Of a stretch of DNA of 64,000 bases, positions 61,423-64,000 are shown piece after piece (positions within the stretch are counted from its first letter, which is position 1; the number at the start of each line of letters is the position of its first letter). Made by a program: the position numbers and the translations under genes. The stretch is from Fibrobacterales bacterium (lineage in GTDB: Bacteria; Fibrobacterota; Fibrobacteria; Fibrobacterales; JAOPTW01). The notes under the pieces were generated by a model that was not told the origin of the DNA, did not search any database, and was given only the letters and a program-made list of their open reading frames with translations. Location: positions 125,906 through 189,905 of the forward strand of contig JAOPTW010000027.1 of the NCBI GenBank assembly GCA_051532035.1, written 5' to 3'.

Positions 61423-62943
61423 TTACCCTTCTACGTTAAAGATATCTTTAAATGACTTAAGAGCATTATTTATACGTCCTTCAATATCCTCAGTCATTTT
61501 TTGCTGAGTTACAATATCAGTATAAATATCAGAGTGTTGACCATCTAAATAATCAACAAGCTCTTTTTCATAACGTACAACTTGATCAACAGGAACTTCT
61601 GCTAGATAATTATTCAAGCCAGCATATATAACAATAATCATTTGCGAAACTTGATATGGACTATTCTCATTCTGTTTCATAAGTTCAACGAGACGTTGAC
61701 CTTTTTCGAGTTGATCACGAGTCGCTTTATCCAAATCTGAAGCAAACTGAGAGAAAGCTGCAAGCTCTCTATACTGTGCAAGCATTAGTTTAAGTGGAGA
61801 TGCTACTTGTTTTGTTGCTTTAATTTGTGCATCACCACCAACACGTGATACCGAAATACCAACATTAACTGCAGGACGCAAACCAGCATTAAAAAGATTC
61901 GAATCAAGGAATATTTGTCCATCTGTAATCGAGATTACATTTGTTGGAATATAGGCAGATACGTCACCCGCTTGAGTTTCAACAATAGGCAGAGCAGTAA
62001 GTGATCCACCACCCTCTTTTTCAGACATTTTCGCAGCACGTTCTAATAAACGTGAATGCAAATAAAACACATCACCTGGGAATGCTTCTCGCCCTGGTGG
62101 TCTTCTTAAAAGAAGTGACATTTGTCTATACGCTTGAGCTTGCTTAGTAAGATCGTCATACACAACTAATGCATGCATGCCATTATCTCTATAATACTCA
62201 CCAAGTGATACACCACAATAAGGTGCAAGATACTGCATTGGCGCAGAGTCAGAAGCATTTGCAGCAACAATAGTTGTATACTCCATAGCTCCTGCTTTTT
62301 CTAATTTTTCTTTTACTTGAGCAATAGTCGAAGCTTTCTGACCAATACCAACATAGATACAGAAAACATCTTTGCCTTTTTGATTGATGATTGCATCAAT
62401 AGCAATGGCTGTTTTACCTGTTTTACGGTCACCAATAATAAGTTCACGTTGTCCACGACCAACAGGTATCATTGCATCAATAGATTTAATGCCTGTTTCC
62501 ATTGGCTCACAAACGTCCATCCGCTCAATAATGCCCGGTGCTTTAGTTTCAAGTTGAATCTCTATATCAGATTCAATAGCAGGTCCACCATCAACTGGTT
62601 GTCCAAGTGCATTCAGTACACGACCGTTAGTAATTTTACCAACTTTAACCGATGCTACCTTATTAGTCCGAAGAACAGTGTCTCCTTCTTTAATTGCATC
62701 AGCTTCACCAAGTACTGCAACACCAACATTGTCAGACTCTAGGTTGAGTACCAACCCTTGAACGCCATTTTTAAACTCAACAAGTTCACCAGACATCACT
62801 TCTGAAAGTCCATGAACTCGTGCAATACCATCACCAACACTTAGTACGGTACCAACCTCATAGGTTTCCGCTTCAGTTTTGAAAGACTCTAGTTCTTTTA
62901 AAAGAATCGAAGATATTTCATCCGGTCTTATTTGTGTATCCAT
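61423..62943 (-). CDS. atpA: ATP synthase alpha subunit
   Basis: [37 protein letters not shown]. Confidence 0.99.
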   Translation of the reverse strand: MDTQIRPDEISSILLKELESFKTEAETYEVGTVLSVGDGIARVHGLSEVMSGELVEFKNGVQGLVLNLESDNVGVAVLGEADAIKEGDTVLRTNKVASVKVGKITNGRVLNALGQPVDGGPAIESDIEIQLETKAPGIIERMDVCEPMETGIKSIDAMIPVGRGQRELIIGDRKTGKTAIAIDAIINQKGKDVFCIYVGIGQKASTIAQVKEKLEKAGAMEYTTIVAANASDSAPMQYLAPYCGVSLGEYYRDNGMHALVVYDDLTKQAQAYRQMSLLLRRPPGREAFPGDVFYLHSRLLERAAKMSEKEGGGSLTALPIVETQAGDVSAYIPTNVISITDGQIFLDSNLFNAGLRPAVNVGISVSRVGGDAQIKATKQVASPLKLMLAQYRELAAFSQFASDLDKATRDQLEKGQRLVELMKQNENSPYQVSQMIIVIYAGLNNYLAEVPVDQVVRYEKELVDYLDGQHSDIYTDIVTQQKMTEDIEGRINNALKSFKDIFNVEG

Positions 62944-62963
62944 GTATAAATCCTGTAGTTGAC

Positions 62964-63500
62964 TTAAGCCAACAATTTGTTTTTTAAATGCTCAAGTTTA
63001 TTTTGCAGTGAATGATCTTCAACGAGATCACCAACTCTTACAATAAATCCACCAATAAGATTTACATCTATCTGGTTGTCAAAAACATGCGTCATTGAAT
63101 CACGTTTTTCATAACTTTTTGTAATCTGGCTCATTTGATCATCACTAAGTGGAGTTACACTAAAAATTGTACCTTTAACTACATTATTATGAGTATCGAG
63201 TACGTGTTGAAACTCTTGAATCACAGATCCGAGTAACTCCAATCGATTTTTTTTAATTAACAGACGCAAAAAATGCATACTGAGTTCAGAAAGTTTAGTA
63301 CCAAAAGACTTTATAATTACCGACTCTTTATTATTCAGTGATACCACTGGATTTTTAATAAAAGCCTGAAATTCCTGGTTTTTGTTTAAAACATCAAGAA
63401 CTAGGTTAAGGTCACTTTCAATAATATCAAGTGACCCCGCCTGTTTGCCCGCAAGTAAAAATGTGCGAGCATATCGTTCTACAATTGCCTTATGAACCAT
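62964..63500 (-). CDS. atpH: ATP synthase delta subunit
   Basis: RYA..F, NP, LLI.KNR, LIGGF..RVGD...D.S; operon position. Confidence 0.93.
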   Translation of the reverse strand: MVHKAIVERYARTFLLAGKQAGSLDIIESDLNLVLDVLNKNQEFQAFIKNPVVSLNNKESVIIKSFGTKLSELSMHFLRLLIKKNRLELLGSVIQEFQHVLDTHNNVVKGTIFSVTPLSDDQMSQITKSYEKRDSMTHVFDNQIDVNLIGGFIVRVGDLVEDHSLQNKLEHLKNKLLA

Positions 63501-64000
63501 CTAATCCTCTAAACTTTTTATGTAGTTATCTACAATTTTTTTAGACTGATCGTTATCTATTTTCTCTTCGAGTAGCTTTTCAGCTGCGCCAATAGCTAAG
63601 TCAACCGTAGTTTTCCTTAGTTGAGAAATTGCTTCATTTTTCATAGCAGTAATCTCTTCTTTTGCAGACTCTACTATTTTGATTTTCTCATCAAGGGCGC
63701 CCTGCTCAATTTTCCGTCTATACTCTTCAGCACTTTTTTTAGCCTCAGAAACAATTTTTCCCGCTTCAGCTCTGCTTTCTGCAAGAATAGACTTCTGTTC
63801 AGTTGCAATTTTTTTAGACTCGTTTCGCGCTTCTTCAGCTTTTTCAAGTGAAGCATTAATAGTGCGATCTCGTTCATCAAGTGCATTGATGATTGGTCCC
63901 CATGCAAACTTTCTCAGAATAAGCAGCAGAAGAAAAAACGTAATTAACGCCCAAATGCCAACACCCGGATCTAGCTTAAGAAGCGGATTTTCATTTGATG
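63501..64000 (-). CDS. atpF: ATP synthase b subunit (5' truncated by window edge)
   Basis: Minus-strand frame reads ...LKLDPGVGIWALITFFLLLLILRKFAWGPII.ALDER..., stop TAG at 63501-63503; absent from the ORF track. Confidence 0.92.
   Translation of the reverse strand, partial: SNENPLLKLDPGVGIWALITFFLLLLILRKFAWGPIINALDERDRTINASLEKAEEARNESKKIATEQKSILAESRAEAGKIVSEAKKSAEEYRRKIEQGALDEKIKIVESAKEEITAMKNEAISQLRKTTVDLAIGAAEKLLEEKIDNDQSKKIVDNYIKSLED

Noticed and set aside
63621..63907. Short ORF-track calls near the window end
   Set aside because: They overlap the true atpF frame, which starts outside the window

Overview
This is a 64-kb chromosomal segment of an AT-rich Gram-negative bacterium. Gene content suggests Fibrobacterota (FCB group), which is an inference: there is a TIGR02147/DUF4423 gene, several lipoproteins with poly-Ser linkers, SprA and PorV-like T9SS proteins, a GH45 endoglucanase, futalosine-pathway MqnA and a short ATP synthase epsilon. 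Most of the window is housekeeping or envelope genes: rsmA, rsmG, cysE, HU, hldE/hldD, a CCA enzyme, trpF, mutY, two two-component systems and atpF-H-A-G-D-C. I saw no rRNA, tRNA, CRISPR array or mobile element. The strongest candidate for an uncharacterised system is a three-gene ECF sigma / membrane anti-sigma / exported caspase-like protease module (19788-23432). Its anti-sigma and protease share an R-x-K-G motif, and it has a candidate autoregulatory ECF promoter. Other unusual items are a receiver domain fused to a HicB-like domain, a PorV-like barrel with large C-terminal extensions, a HAD/pseudokinase fusion coupled to a degenerate GGDEF protein, a Lys/Val/Ala histone-like protein followed by a structured RNA, a structured leader on the TIGR02147 gene, a 24-aa hydrophobic small ORF with an occludable RBS, and many apparently leaderless genes. 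All family assignments come from recognising motifs by eye; no database searches were run.
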